Assembly (NCBI GenBank): GCA_012512605.1
Contig: JAAZDX010000028.1
Span: forward strand, 1-38,429
Length of the DNA: 38,429 nt
From: Bacillota bacterium
GTDB lineage: Bacteria; Bacillota; UBA4882; UBA10575
Direction of reading: 5' to 3'
Shown: in pieces, positions 16,772 to 25,231 of the stretch
Layout: each line of letters begins with the position of its first letter
How positions within the stretch are numbered: position 1 is the first letter of the stretch
Made by a program: the position numbers and the translations under genes
Notes under the pieces: model-generated
Seen by the model: only the letters and a program-made list of their open reading frames with translations
The model's database searches: none
Told to the model about the DNA's origin: nothing

Positions 16772-19251
16772 AGGCCATTGTCATGGCGGGGGGAAAAGGA
16801 ACAAGACTGCGCCCTTTAACTTGTAAACAACCGAAGCCGATGGTGCCGATTGCGGGCCGGCCGATGGTCGAATATATTCTGGCGCTTTTGAAACAATATC
16901 GCTTCACCGACATCGGGATGACCCTCTTTTACCTCCCCGAACTCATCACCAACTATTTTGGTGACGGTCGGGAGTTTGGTGTAAACCTCCGTTATTTTGT
17001 CGAAGAAACCCCACTCGGGACGGCGGGTAGCGTGAAAAATGCCGAAGCATTTCTGGACGAGACTTTCCTGGTGATCAGCGGTGATGCCTTAACCGATATC
17101 AACCTGGCGGAAGCCTTGGATTTTCACCGGGCCCGCCGGGCATTGGTGACCATCGTCCTGACCAAAGTGGCGAATCCCCTCGATTATGGGGTTGTGATTA
17201 CCGAAGAGAACGGCCGGATCAAGCGGTTTTTAGAGAAACCCGGGTGGGGCGAAGTCTTCAGTGATACGGTCAACACCGGGATCTACCTGATCGAACCGGA
17301 GGTTTTCCGCTATTACGAAAAGGATAAAGCGGTCGACTTCAGTAAGGATCTTTTTCCGCTGCTCTTGCAGGCGGGCGAACCTCTATACGGATACCTGGCC
17401 GCAGGTTACTGGTCCGATGTGGGTAACCTGGGGCAATACCGGCAAGCCAATTACGATCTGTTGGACGGAAAACTGGAATTTACACCACCTGGCCATGAGC
17501 TTGTCCCCGGGGTCTGGGTGGGCGAAGGGACGGAACTACCCTCCGCGGTGCAAGTGGAAGCCCCGGTGGTCTTGGGCAAGTATGTGCGGGTCAGTAGAAA
17601 CGCCAAGCTTGGAAAGCATACGATCATTGGCGACCATAGCCTCGTTGGCGAGGAGGCCTCCCTCAAAAAATCAATCCTTTGGAACCACACTTACGTGGGC
17701 TACCAGACGGAGATCCGCGGGGCAATCTTAGCCCACCGTACCCACTTAAAATCCGGTGTTCGGGTATACGAAGGGGCGGTTTTGGGAGAAGGCTGTACGG
17801 TCGGTTCGAAAGCCGTGATCAAACCGGAGGTCCGGACCTGGCCGGAAAAATATATCGAGAGCGGTTCGGTTCTCAATTCCAGTCTGGTCTGGGGTAACCG
17901 CTGGGGGACGAACCTCTTCGGACGCCAAGGCGTCGATAAAACGGCGAATCTGGAATTTACTCCCGAGTTTGCCGCCAAGCTAGGTGTGGCTTACGGTACT
18001 ATTTTACCGGAAAACAGTTGGGTAGTGCTGGGTACCGACCACTTTCCCCCCGGCCAAAAGCTGAAATCCGCCTTGGTCAGTGGTTTGTTAGGAGCCGGCG
18101 TCAACGTCTACGATTTGGGCGCAACGGCAACCCCCGTTACCCGGCAAGCCGTTGTGGCGTTGGAAGCGGCGGCCGGTATTCAACTCCGGGTCTCCCCGTT
18201 TGCTCTGGAAAATATTTTGGTGGAATTCTTCGACGCGCAGGGGTTGATCATCAACCGGGCCGCGGAAAGAAAGGTGGAACAGACCTTTTTTGCGGAGGAG
18301 TTCCGGCGGGCTGCCTTCGACCGGATGGGGCAGGTCAGAATCATTGGCGATTTTTCCGCCCGTTATATTGAGAATATTCTGAAGGCAACCGCCTGGGAAG
18401 CGATTCGTGCTGCCCGTTTTAAAGCGGTGATCGGGGCCGATGCCGCGGATGGTCCCTTGGGTTCCCTGCTAACAACGGTCCTGACGGCGCTTGGTTGTGA
18501 AACAGTGACCTTTCAACCGGGGACCGCCTGCTCCTTCCGGACGGTTAAGGAGATCAGAGAAGCCTGCTTGCCCAGCCTGGGGGAACAGGTCCGGAGGGAA
18601 CGGGCGGACCTTGGGGTTCTCCTCGTCAGTAATGGTGAGTGTTTAGTCCTGGTCGACGAGGAAGGCGCTGTTGTTGAGGAGGAACAGTTTACGGCGTTGC
18701 TTTCCCTGTTGGTCCTGAAATATGGTGAGGCGGCGAAGATTCCACTCCCGGTGACGGCCCCCTTATTCATCGAGGATGTGATCCGGGCCAATCAGGGAGA
18801 GGTGGTCCGGACGAAAGCCAACCCCCGGGCGCTCATGGAAAAGGTCGCTGCAGCCCGGATTTACCCGGCAGGTGATGGCCAGTGTTCCTTTCAAGCGACT
18901 TATGACGGTTTATATGCCATGACCAAAGTTTTGGAGCTGATGGCTAGAGAGAAAAGGAGCCTTGCTTACCTGGTCGCCCTGCTTCCCCCCTACTACACCG
19001 ACCGTAAACAGGTCGATTGCTCCTGGGAAGATAAGGGCCGGATCATGCGCTATCTTTTTGAAGAGAACAAGGACAAAGAGATCGAAGTGATTGACGGCTT
19101 GAAAGTCTTCCACGATCAAGGTTGGGCTTTGGTTTTACCCGATGCCGAAGAACCAGCCTTTCAGATTTATAGCGAGGCCTCCTCACCAGAAGCAGCAACC
19201 GAGCTGACCAGTTTATATACGTCCCGGATTACCGAGTTACAACTAAGATAA
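16768..19251 (+). CDS. Mannose-1-phosphate guanylyltransferase-like NTP-transferase fused to hexapeptide repeats and a phosphomannomutase-like domain
   Basis: MKAIVMAGGKGTRLRPLT..PKP, PLGTAG, SGDALTD, EKP and YWSDVG, followed by a left-handed beta-helix region and a PGM/PMM-like C-half ending DGLKV...GWALVLPD..EP. Confidence 0.88.
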   Translation: MKAIVMAGGKGTRLRPLTCKQPKPMVPIAGRPMVEYILALLKQYRFTDIGMTLFYLPELITNYFGDGREFGVNLRYFVEETPLGTAGSVKNAEAFLDETFLVISGDALTDINLAEALDFHRARRALVTIVLTKVANPLDYGVVITEENGRIKRFLEKPGWGEVFSDTVNTGIYLIEPEVFRYYEKDKAVDFSKDLFPLLLQAGEPLYGYLAAGYWSDVGNLGQYRQANYDLLDGKLEFTPPGHELVPGVWVGEGTELPSAVQVEAPVVLGKYVRVSRNAKLGKHTIIGDHSLVGEEASLKKSILWNHTYVGYQTEIRGAILAHRTHLKSGVRVYEGAVLGEGCTVGSKAVIKPEVRTWPEKYIESGSVLNSSLVWGNRWGTNLFGRQGVDKTANLEFTPEFAAKLGVAYGTILPENSWVVLGTDHFPPGQKLKSALVSGLLGAGVNVYDLGATATPVTRQAVVALEAAAGIQLRVSPFALENILVEFFDAQGLIINRAAERKVEQTFFAEEFRRAAFDRMGQVRIIGDFSARYIENILKATAWEAIRAARFKAVIGADAADGPLGSLLTTVLTALGCETVTFQPGTACSFRTVKEIREACLPSLGEQVRRERADLGVLLVSNGECLVLVDEEGAVVEEEQFTALLSLLVLKYGEAAKIPLPVTAPLFIEDVIRANQGEVVRTKANPRALMEKVAAARIYPAGDGQCSFQATYDGLYAMTKVLELMAREKRSLAYLVALLPPYYTDRKQVDCSWEDKGRIMRYLFEENKDKEIEVIDGLKVFHDQGWALVLPDAEEPAFQIYSEASSPEAATELTSLYTSRITELQLR

Positions 19252-19330
19252 GAGGATGTATACGAACAACAGAAGCAAAAAGAGAAAAGCGCAGACGCGC
19301 TTTTCTTTTTAAGGACTAGAAGGATTTCCC

Positions 19331-19359
19331 GGCAGGAAACATCTTTTGTTTCGCGAAAC
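19331..19359 (+). promoter_or_regulatory. sigmaH-like promoter of rapZ-yvcK
   Basis: GGCAGGAAA...GCGAAAC, giving AGGA-N17-GAAA. Nearly identical boxes occur at 28048-28076. Confidence 0.55.
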
Positions 19360-19410
19360 ATAAAGAATGGAAAAACCTTTTCCGGTGTAGCCTCTACTTT
19401 GAGGGGAGGG

Positions 19411-20277
19411 TTGGCGATTAACACGATCAGTTTCGTCATTATTACAGGGATCTCGGGCGCGGGCAAATCGGAAGCAATGAAAGCCTTTGAAGACCTGGGT
19501 TATTTTTGCGTCGATAACCTCCCGCCTGTTTTGCTACCCAAATTTGCCGAGCTTTGCGCACAATCGGAAGGGCGGATTAATAGAATAGCTTTGGTGGTTG
19601 ACATCAGAGGCGGAGGTTTTTTTGATAGCCTCTTTTCTTCGCTTAATCTTTTGGAAGAAGAGGGTTATAGCTATGAGATTCTCTACCTAGAGGCGGAAGA
19701 TGAGGTAATTATCCGGCGGTTTAAAGAATCCCGCCGCCGTCATCCCTTGGCCGGAGAAGGAAGGATTGCCGACGCGATACAGGCGGAAAAGTCCCGCTTG
19801 GAAAAGCTAAAAGGAAAAGCTTCGATGATCATCGATACCAGCGATCTTACCGCGCGGCAACTCCGGGAGAAGATTATCAACCGGTTCAGCCAAGTTAATG
19901 AAGGACAGAAGATGATCATTACAATTGTTTCTTTTGGCTTTGGCCATGGGATACCCTTGGATGCGGATCTGGTCTTTGATGTACGCTTTTTACCGAATCC
20001 ACATTATGTCGATTCCCTACGGGAACAGGACGGTAATTATCAAGAAGTCGCCGATTATGTGTTAAAGTGGCCGGTGACCACCAAATTCCTTTCGAAGCTC
20101 TACGCTTTTATCGATTTTTTAATTCCCCACTATATTAACGAAGGAAAATTACAACTGGTGATTGGGATTGGTTGTACCGGTGGTCGCCACCGTTCAGTTA
20201 CGGTCGCCAATCAACTGCGGGAGTTCTTAAAAGCCAAGGGTTACAAGGTCCTGGTTGAGCATAGAGATATCAGTTAG
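19411..20277 (+). CDS. rapZ: RNase adapter RapZ (YvcJ)
   Basis: ITGISGAGKS, EDLGYFCVDNLPP, RRFKESRRRHP, SFGF..G.P.DAD.VFDVRFLPNP and IGCTGGRHRSV. Start at TTG 19411 is approximate. Confidence 0.96.
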   Translation: MAINTISFVIITGISGAGKSEAMKAFEDLGYFCVDNLPPVLLPKFAELCAQSEGRINRIALVVDIRGGGFFDSLFSSLNLLEEEGYSYEILYLEAEDEVIIRRFKESRRRHPLAGEGRIADAIQAEKSRLEKLKGKASMIIDTSDLTARQLREKIINRFSQVNEGQKMIITIVSFGFGHGIPLDADLVFDVRFLPNPHYVDSLREQDGNYQEVADYVLKWPVTTKFLSKLYAFIDFLIPHYINEGKLQLVIGIGCTGGRHRSVTVANQLREFLKAKGYKVLVEHRDIS

Positions 20278-20288
20278 GGGGAGAGATT

Positions 20289-21974
20289 ATGCTCCGACCG
20301 TACCGCCAAGATCCCTGGCGTACCAGGCTGATCTTGGGATTGGGACTGGTCGTCTGCGGCATTCTGATCATTTGTGCCAAAACCGCTCTTAACCACTGGT
20401 TCGGTGGTTCTTTGGTCGTTGGCGGTTTGTTGCTGGTGGTTTGGGTGCCGCGGGTCCGTAACCAGCTGGGAGCGGCCTTCATCACGGAAAGAAAGTGCTT
20501 CCGGTTATTGGAACGGGAGGCCCGGATTGTTGTGATCGGGGGCGGAACGGGACTGGGGACGATCCTCCGCGGCTTAAAGAAAATAACCAATGATCTGACT
20601 GCTATCGTGACCGTGGCCGATGATGGCGGTAGTTCAGGGCGGCTGCGGAAGGAGTTTGGCATTTTACCGCCGGGCGATATTCGTAGCTGTCTGATTGCCA
20701 TGGCCGACCTAGAACCGCTGATGGAGCAGTTGATGCAATACCGGTTCAACGGCGGCAGTGGCCTGGCTGGCCACAGCTTTGGTAATCTCTTTCTGACCGC
20801 GATGACCGGGATTACCGGGGATTTCCAAAAGGCGATCGAGGCTTCGGTTAAAGTCCTGGCGGTAAAAGGACGGATCTTCGCGGCGACTTTGGATAATGTT
20901 AGTCTCCGGGCTGAACTGCAAGACGGGGTAGTGGTGAAAGGCGAATCTGCCATTAGTCGGAGTAAGACGCCGATTAAGCGGATTTATTTGGAACCGGCGG
21001 CGGCGAAAGCAGTGCCCGAGAGTTTGGAAGCGATCGCTACGGCCGACCTTATTATTATGGGGCCGGGGAGCCTGTTTACCAGCGTAATTCCGCCTTTGCT
21101 TGTCGAAGAAATCCGTGCGGCAGTGAAAGCGGCGAAAGCCACGAAAATATACATCTGCAATGTGATGACGCAACCCGGTGAAACCGATGGCTTTAGCGCC
21201 TCTGATCACCTGCGTGTCCTCCTGGAACACACCGACCCCAAGCTTGTGGATTATATGATCATTAATGACCAGAAGGTTCCCCCGGAGACCCAGGCGATTT
21301 ACGCCGAAGAAGGAGCCGAACCGGTCTTTCCTGACCAAGGAAAGGTGCTTAGCCTGGGTGTGCGTCCGGTTACGGGACCGCTCTTAAATATCAACGGATT
21401 GGTCCGCCATGACGCCGATCGTCTGGCCAACCTGTTAATTAAGATGATGCCGATGTTTTTCAGCCGACGCCGCCGGTGGCAGCGGAGTTGGCATCGGTTC
21501 CTCGGGGTTTTCGGGGGACTCGTTGGCAAATTAGGGATTGTCGCCAGTGGAGGACGGCTCCGCTGGCGGTCAACAGAACGGGGTAAAACGCTGAAGTTTG
21601 ATTTTATCGCCAAAAACCTACATCGGTTTCATGGTCCAGCCTGTGAAGTATATACCAGCGCCGAAGAAGCCCCGGTGGAGCTCCACCCCTATCAGATTGA
21701 TTTTGAAAAAAACCTGGTAATTGGGGTGTTCTTGGGTGAACGTCCCTACGGCGGTTTTGGGCTGGCCCCCCTCGGGGTCCGCTTGAAAAACAACGGTCTT
21801 GAGATCACCTACCGGGAAGAAAAACCGCTTCAGGCGGGAGTAGTACAAAGGTTAACCTACCCGGCGGCCTTTTTCGTCCTTGAACGGCAGGATCTGCCCG
21901 TAGGGGAATTCCCGCTTTATTTAAAATGCGAAGAAGCAAAAAAAACGTTTCTGGTGCATAAGATCTCATTATAA
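20289..21974 (+). CDS. yvcK: YvcK/GlmR (gluconeogenesis factor) with N-terminal TM helices and a C-terminal PrcB-C-like domain
   Basis: IGGGTG, VTVADDGGSSG, PPGDIR, GHSFGN, GPGSLFTS, NVMTQPGET and RHD. About 175 extra residues include IDFEKNLVIGVFLGERPYGGF...QRLTYP. Confidence 0.88.
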   Translation: MLRPYRQDPWRTRLILGLGLVVCGILIICAKTALNHWFGGSLVVGGLLLVVWVPRVRNQLGAAFITERKCFRLLEREARIVVIGGGTGLGTILRGLKKITNDLTAIVTVADDGGSSGRLRKEFGILPPGDIRSCLIAMADLEPLMEQLMQYRFNGGSGLAGHSFGNLFLTAMTGITGDFQKAIEASVKVLAVKGRIFAATLDNVSLRAELQDGVVVKGESAISRSKTPIKRIYLEPAAAKAVPESLEAIATADLIIMGPGSLFTSVIPPLLVEEIRAAVKAAKATKIYICNVMTQPGETDGFSASDHLRVLLEHTDPKLVDYMIINDQKVPPETQAIYAEEGAEPVFPDQGKVLSLGVRPVTGPLLNINGLVRHDADRLANLLIKMMPMFFSRRRRWQRSWHRFLGVFGGLVGKLGIVASGGRLRWRSTERGKTLKFDFIAKNLHRFHGPACEVYTSAEEAPVELHPYQIDFEKNLVIGVFLGERPYGGFGLAPLGVRLKNNGLEITYREEKPLQAGVVQRLTYPAAFFVLERQDLPVGEFPLYLKCEEAKKTFLVHKISL

Positions 21975-22020
21975 GGATTCCCCCTTTGCAAAGGGCGGCT
22001 CTAAACCATCATAATTACCC

Positions 22021-22049
22021 TTTACAAAAGGGGGGAAAGAAGGTAAAAT
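22021..22049 (+). promoter_or_regulatory. sigmaA promoter of the FMN riboswitch operon
   Basis: TTTACA, 17 bp spacer, TAAAAT. Confidence 0.7.
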
Positions 22050-22072
22050 ACATACGACAATGGAATAATACA

Positions 22073-22208
22073 GATCCTTCAGGGCAGGGTGCGGCCATAT
22101 GGCCAATTCCCGACCGGTGGTAAGGGGTAACCTAAGTCCACGAGCTTAATTAAGCTGATCTGGTGCGAATCCAGAACCGACGGTATAGTCCGGATGGAAG
22201 AAGGAATC
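22073..22208 (+). ncRNA. FMN riboswitch (RFN element) aptamer
   Basis: Conserved blocks TCCTTCAGGGCAGGGTG...AATTCCCGACCGGTGGTAA...AGTCCACGAGC...GCTGATCTGGTGCGAATCCAGAACCGACGGTATAGTCCGGATGGAAGAAGGA. Confidence 0.97.
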
Positions 22209-22242
22209 CGAGCTTGAGCATTGCTTTAGCTTACTTTGCCTT

Positions 22243-22272
22243 AAACCCTGAAGGAGAACTTCGGGGTTTTTT
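22243..22272 (+). terminator. Riboswitch expression-platform terminator
   Basis: AAACCCTGAAG-gagaa-CTTCGGGGTTT then TTT. CCCTGAAGGA is complementary to the aptamer 5' TCCTTCAGGG, forming the antiterminator. Confidence 0.9.
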
Positions 22273-22442
22273 GTTGTGTGTAAACAAGGTGCTCCCCGGC
22301 GTGCTGGGGTTAAACGCCGCCCTTAAGGTGGGGTTCATTTGGATCGTAAGGGTATAGCCTAGATGATTAATTGGATTTAGTTCTTATTGTCGGCAAAGAC
22401 TTTATGGGTAATCATTTTTACCGAAGGAGAGGAGGTTAATAA

Positions 22443-23219
22443 GTGGGAGCGGTTATTGAAGTGAACGATGTCACACTAGCCTTTACTCCGCACTGCGCAC
22501 CGGAGCTCGACGGGGTTAATTTGGTGGTGGATGAAGGGGAGTTCCTTTGTTTGGTTGGGCCCAGCGGTTGTGGAAAATCCACCCTTTTGCGGTTGATTGC
22601 CGGGGTTTTAACCCCAGACCGGGGAGAGATCAAAGTTTTTGGGGAGGAAAAACCGCACAATTGGTCGCGGTTGAGTGTTGTTCCCCAGGATTCGCTCCTT
22701 CTGCCCTGGCGGAAGGTGATCGATAATGTCCTGTTACCCCTGGAACTGAACGGCCGCCGTGACGACCGGGAGGAGTGGAAGGGCCAGGCACAGGCCGCTC
22801 TTCGTTTGGTTAACTTACATGGCGTGGAAGATAAATATCCCCATCAACTCTCTGGTGGAATGCGGCAACGGGTTGCTCTGGCCCGCGCTTTGGTCAGCAA
22901 GGCTGAGCTCTTGCTTCTGGATGAGCCCTTTGCGGCCCTTGATGCCCTGACCAGAAGCCAACTCCACCTGGAAATTATGGGCATACGTCAAAAAACACCG
23001 TTTACCGGTTTGATGGTCACCCATAATATTTTTGAGGCGGTATTTCTGGCCGACCGTGTGGTGGTAATGGGGGAAAAACCTGGGCGGATGCTGGGAGAGG
23101 TCAAGATTGATCTTCCGTACCCCCGTGAGCTTAAGCTGATGAGTAGGCCGGAATTTGCCGCTTTGGTCGGTTCCGTCCAGGATCTTTTGGCGAAAGGATG
23201 GTGCGCCGAACATGAGTAA
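22443..23219 (+). CDS. ABC transporter ATPase (NitT/TauT type), probable riboflavin uptake
   Basis: GPSGCGKST, LSGGMRQR, LLLDEPF and VTH. First gene after the FMN riboswitch. Confidence 0.9.
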   Translation: MGAVIEVNDVTLAFTPHCAPELDGVNLVVDEGEFLCLVGPSGCGKSTLLRLIAGVLTPDRGEIKVFGEEKPHNWSRLSVVPQDSLLLPWRKVIDNVLLPLELNGRRDDREEWKGQAQAALRLVNLHGVEDKYPHQLSGGMRQRVALARALVSKAELLLLDEPFAALDALTRSQLHLEIMGIRQKTPFTGLMVTHNIFEAVFLADRVVVMGEKPGRMLGEVKIDLPYPRELKLMSRPEFAALVGSVQDLLAKGWCAEHE

Positions 23220-23997
23220 ACGTGCAGTCATTTCCGGTTCCGCTCGGGAAAGGTTGATCGCTCTCCTCCTCGCGGGGATTGTTATTTTAGCGGCTTGGGC
23301 CTGGCTAGCGACCTTTTACCCCGATTATATTCTCCCGGCACCGGGGGCGGTCGCCCGTCGCGCCCGGGAACTTTTCCGTCAAGGCGGGCTTTTTACAGTC
23401 CATTTCCGGACGACTTTGGTCGAAGCGTTGCTTGGGTTCTTGTTGGGTGCCGGGGCTGCTTTACCCCTCAGTTATTTGCTGGCGCGCCACCCCCGTTTGG
23501 ACCGCTTGGTTACACCGGTGGTCGTTGCTATCCAGGCCATCCCCATTGTGGCCTTGGCACCGCTCATGGTGATCTGGTTTGGCTTTGGCCTTACTTCCAA
23601 GGTCATCATCGCCGCCCTGACCGCTTTTTTCCCCGTCATAACCAATGGGGTCGTGGGCTTAAGAGAGACCGATCCCCGCTTGAAAGAGATGCTCAAGATT
23701 ATGGGGGCCGGGAAGCGGGAGATCTTTTTCAAACTGGAGGTTCCGTCGGCTTTACCCGTCCTTTTTGGCGGCTTTCGGATCGGGTTGACCCTTTCCGTGA
23801 TCGGGGCGGTCGTTGGCGAATTTTCCGGGGCCGGGCGCGGACTCGGTTATCTGGTCTACTTTGCCCGCGGGACCTTTGACACCGCCTTAATCTTCGTTGC
23901 TTTGCTTGCGCTGGCGATCATGGGGATCGGTTTTTATCTTCTGGTGTCTTGGCTGGAAGCGGTGGTGATGCCTTGGTATAAAGACAAGGATCGTTAG
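23212..23997 (+). CDS. ABC transporter permease, RibX-like
   Basis: TauC-like TM protein (LP.P, QAIP.VALAP, GA.K.EIF.KLE.PSALP, GAVVGEF). The ATG at 23212 overlaps the ATPase stop. Confidence 0.85.
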   Translation: MSKRAVISGSARERLIALLLAGIVILAAWAWLATFYPDYILPAPGAVARRARELFRQGGLFTVHFRTTLVEALLGFLLGAGAALPLSYLLARHPRLDRLVTPVVVAIQAIPIVALAPLMVIWFGFGLTSKVIIAALTAFFPVITNGVVGLRETDPRLKEMLKIMGAGKREIFFKLEVPSALPVLFGGFRIGLTLSVIGAVVGEFSGAGRGLGYLVYFARGTFDTALIFVALLALAIMGIGFYLLVSWLEAVVMPWYKDKDR

Positions 23998-24069
23998 GAA
24001 GAGGGCTATTCCCTAGCAATTATCGGGAATTGAAATTATTCGGATTATTCGGATCGGAGGACAGGAAAG

Positions 24070-25056
24070 ATGAAGAAAAAACAGCTTATCCTTCTAGTGG
24101 TGGCGGTACTCCTTGTTGGAGGATTGCTCTTTTGGGCCCGGTCTGAACGCCAGTACCAGGTCACACTGGCGATGACCTATATTCCCAACGTGCAGTTTGC
24201 CCCCTTGTATGTGGCGGAAGAGAAAGGCTTTTTCCAAGAAGAAGGACTGGAGGGTGTCTTTGACTACCGGATGGACATCGATGCTTTGCAGCTGGTGGCC
24301 ACGGGGAAGATGGATTATGCGATTGCCGGCGGGGATCAAGTATTGGTAGCGCGGGGTCAAGGGATTCCTGTGGTTTACCTGATGAGTCTGTACGCCGAAT
24401 TTCCCCCGGCAATCATTGCGAAAGCGGAGTCGGGGATTAAGACCGCCACCGACTTAAAGGGAAAAACAGTGGGTCTACCTTTGTACGGGACTAATCTACT
24501 GGCAGCCCAGGCCATTATTAAACGGGCCGGCCTTGAAGAACAGGATGTTAACCTCATTGACATCGGTTATACCCAAATTCCTTCTTTGTTAGAAGACAAA
24601 GTGGATGCAATGGTCGGTTTTGCCAACAACGAACCAATCAAACTCAAAGCGATGGGGGTGGCGGTGAACCAGATTAATTCCTGGGATTACTTTTCCCTGG
24701 TCGGTCACGGCCTGATCACCGGTGCCGGGAAAGTTAAGAACGCCCCGGCGGAAGTTGGGAAAATGGTGCGGGCCAGTTACAAAGGGTTACAGTATGCCTT
24801 GGCCCACCCGGAAGAGACCTTTGCGATCTGTCTGAAGTACCTCCCGGAACTTGGAGAAGAGCAAAAGAAGCAAGAATGGGAGGTTTTGAAAGCCTCCATG
24901 GCTTTATGGGAGAATGACTATACGCGGGCGCATGGGCTTGGCCGTTCCGACCTCGCCAGTTGGGAGGATGCCCAGCAGCTGATGATCGACCTGGGGATGA
25001 TTCCACAGGCGACCCCTGTCAGCGAGATTGTTAATTTATCGTTCTTACCGGAGTAG
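24070..25056 (+). CDS. NMT1/THI5-like substrate-binding protein, RibY-like riboflavin binder
   Basis: N-terminal membrane anchor, MTYIPNVQFAPLYVA.EKGFF.EEGL and DLKGKTVG, in an FMN riboswitch context. Confidence 0.85.
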   Translation: MKKKQLILLVVAVLLVGGLLFWARSERQYQVTLAMTYIPNVQFAPLYVAEEKGFFQEEGLEGVFDYRMDIDALQLVATGKMDYAIAGGDQVLVARGQGIPVVYLMSLYAEFPPAIIAKAESGIKTATDLKGKTVGLPLYGTNLLAAQAIIKRAGLEEQDVNLIDIGYTQIPSLLEDKVDAMVGFANNEPIKLKAMGVAVNQINSWDYFSLVGHGLITGAGKVKNAPAEVGKMVRASYKGLQYALAHPEETFAICLKYLPELGEEQKKQEWEVLKASMALWENDYTRAHGLGRSDLASWEDAQQLMIDLGMIPQATPVSEIVNLSFLPE

Positions 25057-25231
25057 GAGTTAGTTGTTCCAGTAGTTAGAGCAGGCGTAAAGCGCCGGGC
25101 TTGGGATAACGTTTGTTTTAGATCGTTAGGTTGGTGTACTAAAAGTAAGGTCATTTGTAGTAGTACCTTTGGTGCCGGGAGAATGACCAGTATATTATAG
25201 TCGTATAGTCGGATGTAACCCGAAAGATGCA

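Noticed and set aside
19399-19419. Possible ATT start for rapZ
   Set aside because: TTG at 19411 is adequately served by GAGG at 19401-04, so no unusual start is needed.
24019-24057. Tandem ATTATTCGG x2 plus a degenerate copy before the binding-protein gene
   Set aside because: This is a short slippage-type duplication with no spacers, so not CRISPR, and it has no evident function.
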